In this document: in pieces, positions 48,704-59,324 of the stretch
Position numbering within the stretch: position 1 is the stretch's first letter
Layout of the letters: each line of letters opens with the position of its first letter
Origin: Candidatus Omnitrophota bacterium
GTDB taxonomy: Bacteria; Omnitrophota; Gorgyraeia; Gygaellales; Profunditerraquicolaceae
DNA: 64,000 bases
Assembly (NCBI GenBank): GCA_041649115.1
Contig: JBAZNT010000001.1
Span: 76,325-140,324, forward strand
Direction of reading: 5' to 3'
Notes under the pieces: model-generated
The model's input: the letters and a program-made list of their open reading frames with translations, nothing else
Databases searched by the model: none
Told to the model about the DNA's origin: nothing
Translations under genes and position numbers: made by a program

Positions 48704-49774
48704 ATGATTAAACAGTTAGAGAAGCTGGATGCCCGCTATCGGGAACTGGAGGATCTCCTGGCTTCCCCCGAGGTTATCTCGAATAAGCAAGAGTATAACC
48801 GTTACGCAAAGGAACTCTCGGATATCCGGGAAGCGGTTTATCTTTTCCGGGAGTATCTGCGCGTCTGCGGGGAGATGGAAGGCCTGGAGCAACTGTTGAA
48901 GAGCAAGGCAGAGCAGGAATTCCTGGAGTTGGCCAAGACCGAACTTGAGGGGCTCTGCACTAAGAAGTCCGGCCTCGAAGAGAGGCTCAAGGAATGCATT
49001 GCCGCTGACGATGATGACCTCGGCAAGGACGTAATTGTCGAGATACGCCAGGGCACCGGCGGCATGGAGGCAGGGTTATTTGCGGCAGACCTTTACCGTA
49101 TGTATACTAAATACGCTGTCAGGAAGAACTGGGTAGCGGAGGAGATGTCGTCCCACTCCACCGAGGTGGGCGGATTCAAGGAAATCATCTTTAGCGTCAA
49201 AGGCAGGGATGTCTACAAGCGCCTTAAGTTTGAAAGCGGGGTGCACCGCGTGCAGCGCGTTCCTGAGACCGAGGCACAAGGCAGGATACACACCTCAACT
49301 ACCACCGTCGCAGTGCTGGCCGAGCCCCAGGAGGTCGATATAGACATCGAACCCAAGGATTTGAAGATCGATACCTATCGTTCATCCGGACCCGGAGGCC
49401 AGCACATGCAGAAGACCGATTCCGCGGTAAGGATTACGCACCTGCCAAGCGCAATAGTGGTGGCCTGCCAGGATGAGCGCTCGCAGCTCAAAAACAAAAA
49501 TAAGGCGATGAGGATATTGCGTGCCCGGCTACTTGATATGAAGCAGCAGGAGGAGCTAAAGAAGATCTCATCGGACAGGAGGGCGCAGATCGGCTCCGGG
49601 GACAGGAGCGAGAAGATACGTACCTATAATTTCCCCGACCGGCGCATTACCGACCACCGCATTAATTTTACCACCTACAGGCTTGAAGAGGTATTAAACG
49701 GCGACCTTGATGAGATTTCCGATGCGTTGATAAAAGCCGCCAGCGATAAAAAGAACGCTACTTTCGATGAATGA
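48704..49774 (+). CDS. prfA: Peptide chain release factor 1
   Basis: The PxT-type tripeptide region (PET) and the GGQ motif (RSSGPGGQHMQKTDSAVRITH) are both present. Confidence 0.95.
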   Translation: MIKQLEKLDARYRELEDLLASPEVISNKQEYNRYAKELSDIREAVYLFREYLRVCGEMEGLEQLLKSKAEQEFLELAKTELEGLCTKKSGLEERLKECIAADDDDLGKDVIVEIRQGTGGMEAGLFAADLYRMYTKYAVRKNWVAEEMSSHSTEVGGFKEIIFSVKGRDVYKRLKFESGVHRVQRVPETEAQGRIHTSTTTVAVLAEPQEVDIDIEPKDLKIDTYRSSGPGGQHMQKTDSAVRITHLPSAIVVACQDERSQLKNKNKAMRILRARLLDMKQQEELKKISSDRRAQIGSGDRSEKIRTYNFPDRRITDHRINFTTYRLEEVLNGDLDEISDALIKAASDKKNATFDE

Positions 49775-50555
49775 AGCGGAATTATTGTTTTCTCGAATAT
49801 TAGGACTAAGCCGTGCCGAGATGTGCTTAAGGATGCGCCAGCCGCTTGGCCGGGAGGTCTCTTTGCGGATCGCCGCGGTATTAAGGAGAAGGGGCAGGGG
49901 AGAGCCTCTGCCTTATATACTCGGGAGCGTCGAGTTTATGGGATTGGATTTTAAAGTCGGGCCCACCGTATTAATACCGCGCCAGGAAACGGAGCTTTTG
50001 GTAGAAGAGGCCCTTGCGCTCATCCGGCGTATCGGGCGTTTTGACTTGAGGGTCTTAGACCTTTGCACCGGCTCAGGATGCATTGCGGTGTCAGTAGCTA
50101 AGCTCTCTCGGGTGGCGCAGGTAGACGCTAGCGATATCTCGGATGGCGCCCTTGAGGTGGCGCGCCTTAATGCCCGGAGGCACAAGGCGGGCGTAAATTT
50201 CATAAAGGCCGATTTGTTCGAAGGCTGCCTTTTTGAGGAGGGGGTTTATGATTTAATCCTGAGCAACCCTCCTTATGTCGCAGGGGCCGATATAGAACAC
50301 CTTGCGCCTGAAGTAAGGCAGGAACCCCGCTTGGCGCTGGAGGCCGGCAGGGAAGGGCTTGATTTTTACAGTCGTATCGCCAAAAAGGCAGCGGCCTATC
50401 TCAAGGAAGGCGGTTATCTAATGCTGGAGATGGGGTTTGGCCAGCGCGGTGCAGTAGAGGATATTTTTGAAGAAGCCGGTTTTAGGGCGGTAAAATTCAT
50501 ACGCGATTACCAGGGTATAGATAGGGTAATTATATTGCAAAGGAAGGCAGGATAA
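49767..50555 (+). CDS. prmC: Release factor glutamine N5-methyltransferase
   Basis: SAM-binding motif VLDLCTGSGCIA and catalytic motif SNPPYV. It follows prfA. Confidence 0.9.
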   Translation: MNEAELLFSRILGLSRAEMCLRMRQPLGREVSLRIAAVLRRRGRGEPLPYILGSVEFMGLDFKVGPTVLIPRQETELLVEEALALIRRIGRFDLRVLDLCTGSGCIAVSVAKLSRVAQVDASDISDGALEVARLNARRHKAGVNFIKADLFEGCLFEEGVYDLILSNPPYVAGADIEHLAPEVRQEPRLALEAGREGLDFYSRIAKKAAAYLKEGGYLMLEMGFGQRGAVEDIFEEAGFRAVKFIRDYQGIDRVIILQRKAG

Positions 50556-51817
50556 TGGACAGGTTGGTGTTTGAGGGGGGGGTGAGATTAAAGGGCGAGG
50601 TCAGGATATCCGGCTCAAAGAATGCTGCGCTTCCGATACTGGCGGCGACCTTGCTTACCGATGAGCCGTGCGTTATCAGAGGGGTGCCGAATCTCTGCGA
50701 TGTCATGACAATGCTTAAGATCCTGAGGTCTCTCGGGAAGAACGCGGAGTTCCATAACGGCACGGTAAGCGTCACGCAGGCGAGGCATGCGAACTTCGTA
50801 GCCGATTACAGGCTGGTTTCTACCATGCGCGCCTCATTTTGCGTGTTGGGGCCGTTACTGGCCAGATTCGGAAAAGCCAAGGTTTCCTTGCCCGGAGGTT
50901 GCGTTATAGGCGTGCGTCCGGTAGACCTGCACCTTAAGGGGCTGAAGGCGCTGGGAGCGGATATCGGTATCGAGTCTGGTTATGTGGTTGCTGCGGCAAA
51001 GCGTCTGCGCGGCAGCAACATGTATTTGGGAGGGGTTTTCGGTTCCTCGGTTTTAGGTACCGATAATGTAATGATGGCAGCTGCCCTTGCCGGCGGCAAG
51101 ACCGTTATCGAAAATGCGGCCTGCGAACCGGAGGTTTCTGACCTGGCTAATTTTCTTGTTAGAATGGGCGCTAAGATTCAAGGCCAGGGCACCCCTACTA
51201 TCGAGATACAGGGGGTAAGAAGTTTAAAAGGCACAGACTATACCATCATCCCGGACAGGATAGAAGTGGCTACATTTATGACGGCATCCCTTATCACGGG
51301 AGGGGATATCCTAATCAAGAACGCCTGCGCTTGCCATCTCGGGGCGGTGATTGATAAATTGACGGAGAGCGGAGCGGCAATTGCCAGGACCGACGCAGCG
51401 CTTCGGGTAAGGCCGCGGAGGCGTTTATGCCCGGTTAACGTTACTACCCTGCCTTATCCGGGTTTTCCTACGGATATGCAGGCGCAGATTATGAGCCTGA
51501 TGGCGGTAACGCCTGGCATCAGCGTGATTACCGAGAAGATTTACCCCGATAGATTTATGCATGTGGCGGAGCTTAACCGTATGGGCGCGCGCATACAGCG
51601 CGAAGGCCCCCATGCTATTGTAGAAGGAGTAAAGATGTTATCCGGGGCACCGGTGATGGCATCGGATCTCAGGGCCTCAGCCTCGCTTTTATTGGCAGGC
51701 TTAGTTGCCAAAGGCAAGACCGTAATCTCCAGGATTTACCATCTTGACCGCGGATATGAGGATATCGAACGCAAGATGGGTGCATTGGGGGCCCGCATAA
51801 AGAGAGAAAAGGAATAG
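50555..51817 (+). CDS. murA: UDP-N-acetylglucosamine 1-carboxyvinyltransferase
   Basis: 420 aa. GEVRISGSKNAALPILAATLL, LPGGCVIG (catalytic Cys) and FPTDMQAQ. Confidence 0.95.
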   Translation: MDRLVFEGGVRLKGEVRISGSKNAALPILAATLLTDEPCVIRGVPNLCDVMTMLKILRSLGKNAEFHNGTVSVTQARHANFVADYRLVSTMRASFCVLGPLLARFGKAKVSLPGGCVIGVRPVDLHLKGLKALGADIGIESGYVVAAAKRLRGSNMYLGGVFGSSVLGTDNVMMAAALAGGKTVIENAACEPEVSDLANFLVRMGAKIQGQGTPTIEIQGVRSLKGTDYTIIPDRIEVATFMTASLITGGDILIKNACACHLGAVIDKLTESGAAIARTDAALRVRPRRRLCPVNVTTLPYPGFPTDMQAQIMSLMAVTPGISVITEKIYPDRFMHVAELNRMGARIQREGPHAIVEGVKMLSGAPVMASDLRASASLLLAGLVAKGKTVISRIYHLDRGYEDIERKMGALGARIKREKE

Positions 51818-51821
51818 GCTT

Positions 51822-52388
51822 ATGATATTGATGATTGATAATTACGATTCCTTTACCTATAACCTCGTGCAGTACCTGGCGATGCTGGGAGAGAAAGTGG
51901 AGGTTTTCCGCAACGATAAGATAAGCATCGAGAAGGTAAGGGGATTATCTCCGGCAAGAATTGTTATTTCTCCGGGGCCGGGCAGGCCGGAGGATGCCGG
52001 TATCTCATGCGATCTGGTAAAAGAATTTCAAGGGGGCATCCCTATCCTCGGTGTCTGCCTCGGCCACCAGTGCATCGGCCAGGTTTACGGCGGACGAATC
52101 GTATCTGCGAAGAGGCTGATGCACGGTAAGACCTCGCGCATTTATCATAACGGCAAGGGCATATTCCGTAATATCGAAAACCCATTTTTTGCTACGCGTT
52201 ACCACTCGCTGGTAATAGAAAGAAAGAGTCTCCCGGCGTGCCTGGAGGTTAATGCCTGGACCAGGGAGGATGCCGAGATTATGGCCGTAAAACATAAACA
52301 ACACCCTGTCTGGGGAGTGCAATTCCACCCTGAGTCTATCCTGACCAAGGCCGGGTTTGAAATATTAAGGAATTTCCTCAAGCTATGA
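51822..52388 (+). CDS. trpG: Anthranilate (or aminodeoxychorismate) synthase glutamine amidotransferase component II
   Basis: MIDNYDSFTYNLVQYL, GVCLGHQ, and VQFHPES. It heads the trpDCFBA run. Confidence 0.88.
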   Translation: MILMIDNYDSFTYNLVQYLAMLGEKVEVFRNDKISIEKVRGLSPARIVISPGPGRPEDAGISCDLVKEFQGGIPILGVCLGHQCIGQVYGGRIVSAKRLMHGKTSRIYHNGKGIFRNIENPFFATRYHSLVIERKSLPACLEVNAWTREDAEIMAVKHKQHPVWGVQFHPESILTKAGFEILRNFLKL

Positions 52389-53395
52389 TACGAGACGCGA
52401 TAAAAGCCCTGGTAGAAAAGAAGGACCTCAGCGCCTCCCAGATGCAGGAGGTAATGCGGCAGATACTGGGCGGCGCAACGGATACCGCAGACATCGTCGC
52501 TTTCCTGACATCCTTAAGCGATAAAGGCGAGACGGTGGAAGAGCTTACTGCGGCGGTTACCGTGATGCTCAAATACATTGAGCCCATTATCGTGGAGAGG
52601 GCGAATATCTTGGATACCTGCGGCACCGGCGGAGACAGGAAAGGAACCTTTAACATATCCACTGCCGCCGCGTTTGTCGCCAGCGGCGCAGGGGTTACGG
52701 TAGCCAAGCACGGCAACCGTTCCGTCTCAAGTAAATCCGGCAGCGCAGATATACTGGAATCCCTGGGGGTAAAAATAGATATGACGAGGGAGTTGATTAA
52801 AGAATGCCTGGAAAAGATAGGGATAGCCTTTTTGTTTGCGCCTAACCTGCACCCGGCCATGAAACACGTGATGCCCGCGCGCAGAAAGATCGCAGGGAAA
52901 ACCATGTTTAATATCCTCGGGCCCTTGATAAACCCTGCCCGCGCCACCAATCAGCTTATCGGGGTTTACGACGCCCAATGGGCGCCTATCCTCGCCCGCG
53001 TGCTGCATAATCTGGGAACGCGGCATGTGCTGGTAGTGCACGGTAATGACGGGTTGGATGAAGTAACCACTACAGACAGGACTTTTATCTCGGAGGTGAG
53101 CGCCGGGGCATTCCGGGATTTTGAGACGACGCCGGAAGAGTTCGGGTTTAAGAGAGTCGCCCTTGATGCGCTGGCTGCGGAGGATGCCGTTTCCAGCGCC
53201 AGGATAGTGATGGATGTCTTAAGCGGCAAAAAGGGTCCGCCGCGCGACATTGTCTTGTTCAATTCCGGGTGTGCTATCTATGCCGCTGACCGGGCCGCTT
53301 CCATCAAGGAAGGGGTAGAGTTGGCAGCGGATTCGCTGGATTCCGGCCGGGCCATGAAGAAATTAACATTATTAAGGGAGTATTCCAAGAGATGA
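52385..53395 (+). CDS. trpD: Anthranilate phosphoribosyltransferase
   Basis: DTCGTGGDRKGTFNISTAAAFV and KHGNRSVSSKSGSADILE. Confidence 0.93.
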   Translation: MIRDAIKALVEKKDLSASQMQEVMRQILGGATDTADIVAFLTSLSDKGETVEELTAAVTVMLKYIEPIIVERANILDTCGTGGDRKGTFNISTAAAFVASGAGVTVAKHGNRSVSSKSGSADILESLGVKIDMTRELIKECLEKIGIAFLFAPNLHPAMKHVMPARRKIAGKTMFNILGPLINPARATNQLIGVYDAQWAPILARVLHNLGTRHVLVVHGNDGLDEVTTTDRTFISEVSAGAFRDFETTPEEFGFKRVALDALAAEDAVSSARIVMDVLSGKKGPPRDIVLFNSGCAIYAADRAASIKEGVELAADSLDSGRAMKKLTLLREYSKR

Positions 53396-54183
53396 AGAAG
53401 AGCGATTTTCTAAAAGAGATAGTAGCCAGGAAGAAAGAAAAAATAGCTTTAAGTAAACACGAGCTTCCGGAAGAGGAATTGAAAGAGCGCGTTAAATCCC
53501 TGGCCCCTGCCAGGAATTTTATTGAGGCGATTCAGAAGCCCCGCCAGATTTCCCTGATTGCCGAGATAAAAAAGGCATCCCCTTCCCGCGGGGTAATCCG
53601 GCAGGATTTTAACGTGCAGGATATCGCACGTACCTATCAGGAGGCTGGGGTACAGACAATAGCCGTTTTGACCGAGGAGGATTATTTCCAGGGGCACTTA
53701 TCTTATCTTAACGAGGTCCGCGGCATTACCGACCTGCCGTTGTTGCGCAAGGATTTTATTCTGGAACCTTACCAGATTTACGAGTCGCGTTTTTTCGGAG
53801 CCGATGCCGTGCTTTTGATATCCGAGATGCTTACCCAGGACAGCATCCTCCAGATGAGCCAGCTTGCTGCCGAACTCGGCCTGGCATCACTGGTGGAGGT
53901 GCATAGCGAAAAAGAACTGAGGAAGGTGCTTAAACTTAAGAATATCAGCCTCATCGGGATTAATAACCGCGACCTGCATACCCTGGAGGTGGATCCCTGC
54001 ACCACCCAGAAACTCTTTACGCTTATCCCCAAAGACAAGACGGTAGTTGTAGAGAGCGGCATTAAGAGTCGTCAGGATGTCATGTTTCTGAAGATACTGG
54101 GGGTGAGCGCGGTCCTGATAGGGGAGGCATTTATGGCAGCTTCCGATATACGTCGCCAGGTTGAAGAGATAATGGGATGGTGA
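53392..54183 (+). CDS. trpC: Indole-3-glycerol-phosphate synthase
   Basis: LIAEIKKASPSRG, LRKDFI and GINNRDL. Confidence 0.93.
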   Translation: MKKSDFLKEIVARKKEKIALSKHELPEEELKERVKSLAPARNFIEAIQKPRQISLIAEIKKASPSRGVIRQDFNVQDIARTYQEAGVQTIAVLTEEDYFQGHLSYLNEVRGITDLPLLRKDFILEPYQIYESRFFGADAVLLISEMLTQDSILQMSQLAAELGLASLVEVHSEKELRKVLKLKNISLIGINNRDLHTLEVDPCTTQKLFTLIPKDKTVVVESGIKSRQDVMFLKILGVSAVLIGEAFMAASDIRRQVEEIMGW

Positions 54184-54791
54184 AGGTCAAGATATGCGGC
54201 ATTACCAACCTTGAGGATGCCCTGGCTGCGGTGATTGCCGGTTGCGATGCGTTGGGTTTTGTATTTTACCGCAAGAGCCCGCGTTACATCGCGCCGTCCC
54301 GGGCCGGCCGTATTATCAGGCTCCTGCCTAAGAAGGTACTCAAGGTCGGGGTATTTGTGGATGCCCCGGCTGCGCGCATAAAAGGTATTGCCAGAAAATG
54401 CGGGCTTGATATGCTTCAGTTCCACGGGAGAGAAACCCCGGCATTTTGTAAAAAATTTAAGGACCGGCGCGTTATCAAGGCCTTTCGCGTCAAAGGCATA
54501 GTAGATCCAGAAGAGGTCTTAGGTTACGATACCTTTGCCTACCTTTTTGATACCTATTCGAAATCAGCAGCCGGAGGCACTGGCAGGGCCTTTGACTGGA
54601 ACCTATTGAAGGGACTGTGCTTGTTAAAAAAACCGATATTTCTTTCGGGAGGCATTAACTCCGGGAATGTGCGTCGGGCAATCAGGCTGGTGCGGCCGGA
54701 ATGGGTAGATGTCTCCAGTTCGCTTGAGACAGTCCCCGGCAGGAAAGACCACCGCAAGGTTTACGAATTGATAAAAATATTAAAATCATAA
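54177..54791 (+). CDS. trpF: N-(5'-phosphoribosyl)anthranilate isomerase
   Basis: VKICGIT, LQFHG and LSGGIN; its position between trpC and trpB also supports the call. Confidence 0.9.
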   Translation: MVKVKICGITNLEDALAAVIAGCDALGFVFYRKSPRYIAPSRAGRIIRLLPKKVLKVGVFVDAPAARIKGIARKCGLDMLQFHGRETPAFCKKFKDRRVIKAFRVKGIVDPEEVLGYDTFAYLFDTYSKSAAGGTGRAFDWNLLKGLCLLKKPIFLSGGINSGNVRRAIRLVRPEWVDVSSSLETVPGRKDHRKVYELIKILKS

Positions 54792-54801
54792 GGAGCTGGC
54801 G

Positions 54802-55983
54802 ATGCTACCGGATAAAAAAGGTCATTTTGGAGTCTTCGGAGGAAGGTTTGTACCGGAAACGCTCATCTGTGCCCTTGATGAATTGGAGAAGGAATACCTC
54901 ATAGCCCGTAAGGACGCGAGATTCAGGAAAGAGCTGGATTATTATCTTGAGGAATACGCCGGCAGGCCTACCCCCCTATACCTGGCGCGTAACCTGAGTC
55001 GTTGTTTAGGCATCTCTAAGATTTATCTTAAAAGGGAGGATCTCCTGCATACCGGCGCGCATAAGATTAACAATACCCTGGGCCAGATTATCCTCGCCCG
55101 CAGGATGGGCAAAAAGCGCATCATTGCCGAGACTGGCGCCGGACAACACGGCGTAGCTACCGCGACAGTGGCGGCATTGTTCGGCCTGGAATGCGTTGTA
55201 TACATGGGGCAAGAGGATATCAGGAGGCAGGAGTTGAATGTTTTCCGCATGAAGCTCTTGGGTGCGCGGGTCATTCCGGTTAAGAGCGGTTCCCGCACGC
55301 TCAAGGATGCCATGACCGAGGCCCTCAGGGATTGGGTTACCAACGTGCGCAATACGCATTATATTATCGGCAGTGTTGCCGGTCCGCACCCATATCCGGT
55401 GATGGTACGCGATTTTCAGGCCGTAATCGGACGTGAGGCGAGGACCCAGGTTCTCAAGAAAGAGGGCAGGCTTCCCGATTACCTGGTGGCTTGCGTAGGA
55501 GGGGGAAGCAATTCCATGGGGTTGTTCCATCCCTTTTTCAAGGACCGCAGGGTTAAGTTTATCGGAGTAGAGGCAGCCGGATTGGGGCTTTCATCGGGAA
55601 AACACTCTGCGAGTCTCGTAGCAGGGCATGCCGGGGTGCTGCACGGCTCCAAATCCGAGCTCCTGGAGGACAGTGACGGCCAGGTTAAATTGGCTCATTC
55701 CATTGCTGCCGGGTTAGATTATCCGGGGGTAGGCCCGGAGCACGCCTATTATAAAGAAAGCGGCCGGGCAGAATACGTAGCGGTTAACGACAGGGAGGCG
55801 CTGGAAGGCTTCGGGCTTTTGTCGCGCACCGAAGGGATCATACCGGCGCTGGAGCCGTCGCACGCAGTTTTTTATCTTACCAGACTCAGGACAACGATCA
55901 AAAAAAATTCCATTGTCATCGTTTGTATCTCCGGACGAGGAGATAAAGATACCAATACCGTAGCCGAAAGGTTAAGATTATGA
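54802..55983 (+). CDS. trpB: Tryptophan synthase beta chain
   Basis: [16 protein letters not shown] (PLP lysine), GAGQHGVA and GGGSN. Confidence 0.95.
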   Translation: MLPDKKGHFGVFGGRFVPETLICALDELEKEYLIARKDARFRKELDYYLEEYAGRPTPLYLARNLSRCLGISKIYLKREDLLHTGAHKINNTLGQIILARRMGKKRIIAETGAGQHGVATATVAALFGLECVVYMGQEDIRRQELNVFRMKLLGARVIPVKSGSRTLKDAMTEALRDWVTNVRNTHYIIGSVAGPHPYPVMVRDFQAVIGREARTQVLKKEGRLPDYLVACVGGGSNSMGLFHPFFKDRRVKFIGVEAAGLGLSSGKHSASLVAGHAGVLHGSKSELLEDSDGQVKLAHSIAAGLDYPGVGPEHAYYKESGRAEYVAVNDREALEGFGLLSRTEGIIPALEPSHAVFYLTRLRTTIKKNSIVIVCISGRGDKDTNTVAERLRL

Positions 55984-56765
55984 ACAGGCTCCAGGAAAGA
56001 TTCCGCTTTTTAAAGAAGCAGGGCGGGAAGGCGTTTATCGCTTTTATCACTGCCGGCTATCCGTCTTTAAGCATTACCGAGAAGCTGACGTTGAGGCTCG
56101 CTGCCATAGGGGTTGACGTCATAGAATTGGGGGTGCCGTTCTCCGATCCCATGGCTGACGGGCCGGCAATACAAGAGGCCTCGCAGGTCGCCCTCAAGAA
56201 AGGGGCCAACCTTAAAAAAATCCTTAAGACCATCCGCAACATCCGCCGCAAGAGCAATGTCCCTATCTGCCTGATGACTTATTACAACCCTGTTTTTTGC
56301 TTCGGAGAAGAAAGGTTTGCAGAGGCAGCTTCTGTCTCGGGAGTCGACGGCGTTATCATACCCGACCTTCCCCCTGAAGAGGGAAAGTCATTTTCGCGGT
56401 TCGCCTCTGAATACGGCCTCAATGTAATATGTTTTGTTTCTCCGACCACCAGTACCTGCCGCATAAAGTATATTACGGACACAGCGGGAGGTTTTATTTA
56501 TTACCTTTCGCTTACCGGGGTTACCGGCGCGCGCAGCAAGCTTCCTGCGGGACTGGCACGGGACATCTGCCGTATCAAGAGATTTACCTCCAAGCCGGTA
56601 TGCGTAGGTTTCGGGGTATCAACGCGTCATCAGGTGCGGGAGCTTTCCCGGGCGGCGGACGGGGTTATCGTCGGCAGCGCCATAATCAACAAGATAAAAG
56701 AGAACATCGGCCGCAAGGATTTGGTTGGGGAGGTAGCCGATTTTGTTTTGAGGCTTAAGGGCTAG
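55980..56765 (+). CDS. trpA: Tryptophan synthase alpha chain
   Basis: [18 protein letters not shown], and [10 protein letters not shown]. Confidence 0.95.
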   Translation: MNRLQERFRFLKKQGGKAFIAFITAGYPSLSITEKLTLRLAAIGVDVIELGVPFSDPMADGPAIQEASQVALKKGANLKKILKTIRNIRRKSNVPICLMTYYNPVFCFGEERFAEAASVSGVDGVIIPDLPPEEGKSFSRFASEYGLNVICFVSPTTSTCRIKYITDTAGGFIYYLSLTGVTGARSKLPAGLARDICRIKRFTSKPVCVGFGVSTRHQVRELSRAADGVIVGSAIINKIKENIGRKDLVGEVADFVLRLKG

Positions 56766-56767
56766 AT

Positions 56768-58033
56768 ATGTACGAGAAGACGATCCTGGATAACGGATTG
56801 CGCATAGTAGCGTATCCCATGACCGCGATGCAGTCGGTAGCGCTGGGAATATGGATTAACGTCGGAGGCAGGTATGAATCGCGCGAATTCAAGGGCATCA
56901 GCCATTACCTGGAGCACCTCCTTTTTAAGGGGAGCAGGAAATATTGCTGCCGTAAGATTAAAGAGTCCATAGAGGGTATCGGCGGGTCATTGAACGGATT
57001 TACCTCAGAAGAACTTACCTGTTATCTGGTCAAGATACCCTTCCGTCACCTGGAACTGGCGCTGGATATATTATCCGATATGGTGCTTAATCCACTCCTG
57101 ACACAGGAGGATATAGATAAGGAGCGCAGCGTCATTATCGAAGAGATAAAGATGTATAAAGACCATCCGCAGAGCTATGTTTATGAGCTTTTGGATGAGC
57201 TGCTCTGGCCCGGACAGCCGCTGGGGATGGGCATTGCCGGAACAACCGAGTCGGTTGGCAGGATTAACCGTAAGGACCTCCTGCTATACCAGGGGCACCA
57301 CTACACTCCTTTGAATATGGTGGTGAGCGCCTGCGGCAGGCTTAATTACCCCCGTTTTAAAAAAAGGATAGAGGGTATCTTTAAGGACGCTTCTGGTAAA
57401 TCCCGCAATGTTTTCGTAACAGCCAGGGAGAATCAGCGCCAGCCGCAGTTTAGAATATTCCACAAGGATACCGAGCAGACGCATCTGGCTCTGGGGTTTC
57501 ACGGTTTTATGCGCGACCACCACTTGAGGCACGCCATGGCGATGTTGCATATCATCCTGGGGGCCAATATGTCCAGCCGTCTTTTTAATGAGGTAAGGGA
57601 AAAAAGAGGGCTGGCCTACGAGATAGGGACACAGGTCAAGCATTTCCAGGATACCGGCGCTTTCCTGGTGCATGCCGGAGTTGACAACAGCAAGACCTCT
57701 GACGCCGCAGCCGTGATATTAAGGGAACTCGGCAACATCAAGCGCGACCTGCCGGGGATCGACGAATTCAGGCGCGCCAAGGAATTCTACCTGGGGCAGT
57801 TAAGATTGAGCCTGGAGGATACCATGGACCACATGCTTTGGATAGGGGAATCCAGCGCCACTTTAAATAAAACCTATTCACTGCCAGCGGTAATCAGTAA
57901 AATCCAGAAGCTCAGGCGCGATGATGTGCGCCGGGTTGCCCGCATGATATTCAAAGAGAATAATCTCAACCTTGCCCTTATCGGCCCTCTTGGAGGGGCA
58001 GAGGAGAAGACACTGAAAGGACTGTCTTTATGA
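56768..58033 (+). CDS. M16-family zinc peptidase (insulinase/PqqL-like)
   Basis: 421 aa with the inverted zinc motif GISHYLEHLLFKG. Confidence 0.85.
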   Translation: MYEKTILDNGLRIVAYPMTAMQSVALGIWINVGGRYESREFKGISHYLEHLLFKGSRKYCCRKIKESIEGIGGSLNGFTSEELTCYLVKIPFRHLELALDILSDMVLNPLLTQEDIDKERSVIIEEIKMYKDHPQSYVYELLDELLWPGQPLGMGIAGTTESVGRINRKDLLLYQGHHYTPLNMVVSACGRLNYPRFKKRIEGIFKDASGKSRNVFVTARENQRQPQFRIFHKDTEQTHLALGFHGFMRDHHLRHAMAMLHIILGANMSSRLFNEVREKRGLAYEIGTQVKHFQDTGAFLVHAGVDNSKTSDAAAVILRELGNIKRDLPGIDEFRRAKEFYLGQLRLSLEDTMDHMLWIGESSATLNKTYSLPAVISKIQKLRRDDVRRVARMIFKENNLNLALIGPLGGAEEKTLKGLSL

Positions 58034-59052
58034 CGTTGGACTCGTTTCCTTTGATACTTCTGTTTTTATTTTTGCTGGCGGCTTTTTCGTTCTTTTTTTC
58101 CGCTTCCGAAACCGCAATCATAGGGTTAAGCAAGATAAAATTGCGCCATATGATTGCCAACGGCGTAAAACGCGCCAAGACCGTCCAGGGGCTGCTTACC
58201 AGGCTGGACAAATTTATCGCAGCCATCTTAATAGGAAACGACTTCGTCAACATCGCAATCTCAGCCGTCGTTACTGCCATGATGGTGGAGGCATTCGGTT
58301 ATCGCGCGGGCGTAATAATAGCGACATTCGCTTCCAGCTTCTTTGTGCTTATCCTGTGCGAGATCACCCCTAAGATACTGGCTACCAAGCATACCGAGAA
58401 GGTGGCGCTTTTCAGCGCCCCGCTGATGGCCATGTTTATCAGGGTATTCCATCCGATAATCATCGTCTTTACTTTTATCAGCGGCGTTATCCTTAAGGTA
58501 TTCGGGCTGGGCTCCTCCAAGAGATCCCCCCTTATTACCGAAGAGGAGCTGCGTACCATGATTGAGGTCGGCAAGGAGGAGGGGGTTTTAAGCGATGAAG
58601 AAAGAAAGATGCTGCACCGTATCTTTGAATTCGGAGATACCAAGGTTGGCGAGGTAATGGTGCCGAAAGAAAAAATGGTGGCGGTCAACATCAACAGCAC
58701 CCCGGAGGCGCTTTTAAATATATTCATAGAAGAGGGGCATGCGAGGCTGCCGGTGTACAACGACTCCGTGGATGACGTCGTTGGCATCATATATGCCCGC
58801 GACCTCCTCTATATACTCAGGGACAAAGGGTTATTCCTTTTACATGACCTTCTGCATCAGCCTTATTTCGTGCCGCCGTCGATGCGGGTGAACGAGTTGC
58901 TGCGCAGGTTCCAGGCCGAAAAGATCCAGATCGCTATCGTCGTAGACGCCAATAAAAAAACCCTGGGCCTGCTTACCCTGGAGGACCTTATCGAGGAGAT
59001 AGTGGGAGAGATCGAGGAGTCGCATCTCTCCCACCGAATAAATAAGCATTGA
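58030..59052 (+). CDS. CNNM/DUF21 membrane protein with a CBS pair (hemolysin/CorB-like); no CorC_HlyC C-terminal domain
   Basis: 340 aa. It has a four-TM DUF21 N-terminus (..FFSASETAIIGLSK..) followed by tandem CBS motifs (VGEVMVPKEKMV.., VVGIIYARDLL, LGLLTLEDLIEEIVGEI). Confidence 0.8.
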   Translation: MTLDSFPLILLFLFLLAAFSFFFSASETAIIGLSKIKLRHMIANGVKRAKTVQGLLTRLDKFIAAILIGNDFVNIAISAVVTAMMVEAFGYRAGVIIATFASSFFVLILCEITPKILATKHTEKVALFSAPLMAMFIRVFHPIIIVFTFISGVILKVFGLGSSKRSPLITEEELRTMIEVGKEEGVLSDEERKMLHRIFEFGDTKVGEVMVPKEKMVAVNINSTPEALLNIFIEEGHARLPVYNDSVDDVVGIIYARDLLYILRDKGLFLLHDLLHQPYFVPPSMRVNELLRRFQAEKIQIAIVVDANKKTLGLLTLEDLIEEIVGEIEESHLSHRINKH

Positions 59053-59076
59053 CCCCCTATTTTTTTACTGTATAAT
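59049..59076 (+). promoter_or_regulatory. Near-consensus extended -10 promoter (P1) upstream of the small zinc-ribbon gene
   Basis: TTGACC (59049-59054), a 16-nt spacer ending in TG, then TATAAT (59071-59076). The -35 hexamer overlaps the stop codon of the preceding gene. Confidence 0.55.
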
Positions 59077-59114
59077 ATCAGTCTATAGCAGTTGACGGAA
59101 AGGGGCAAAGAGCG

Positions 59115-59143
59115 TTGACACGCCGCAGGCGGCGTGGTAAGAT
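59115..59143 (+). promoter_or_regulatory. Second promoter (P2), with a GC palindrome filling the spacer
   Basis: TTGACA (59115-59120), a 17-nt spacer, then TAAGAT (59138-59143). The region 59119-59136 holds the inverted repeat CACGCCGC-AG-GCGGCGTG, which begins at the last two bases (CA) of the -35 hexamer and fills most of the spacer. Confidence 0.5.
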
Positions 59144-59170
59144 AGAAAAAATCGCAAAAAGGAGGATGCA

Positions 59171-59320
59171 ATGGCAGAAAAGGGATATTGCGTCAAATGC
59201 AAGGGCAAGAAAGACATGAAAGACGAACAGAAGGTTACCATGAAGAATGGCCGCCTCGCAGTCAAAGGTAAATGTCCGGATTGCGGTACGGGGATGTATA
59301 AGATCTTGGGCAAAAAATAA
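59171..59320 (+). CDS. 49-aa Cys4 zinc-ribbon protein (DUF5679-like), not in the supplied ORF track
   Basis: My own translation is MAEKGYCVKCKGKKDMKDEQKVTMKNGRLAVKGKCPDCGTGMYKILGKK. A strong RBS (AAAGGAGG) lies 5 nt upstream, and two promoter-like elements lie further upstream. Confidence 0.65.
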   Translation: MAEKGYCVKCKGKKDMKDEQKVTMKNGRLAVKGKCPDCGTGMYKILGKK

Positions 59321-59324
59321 CCAG

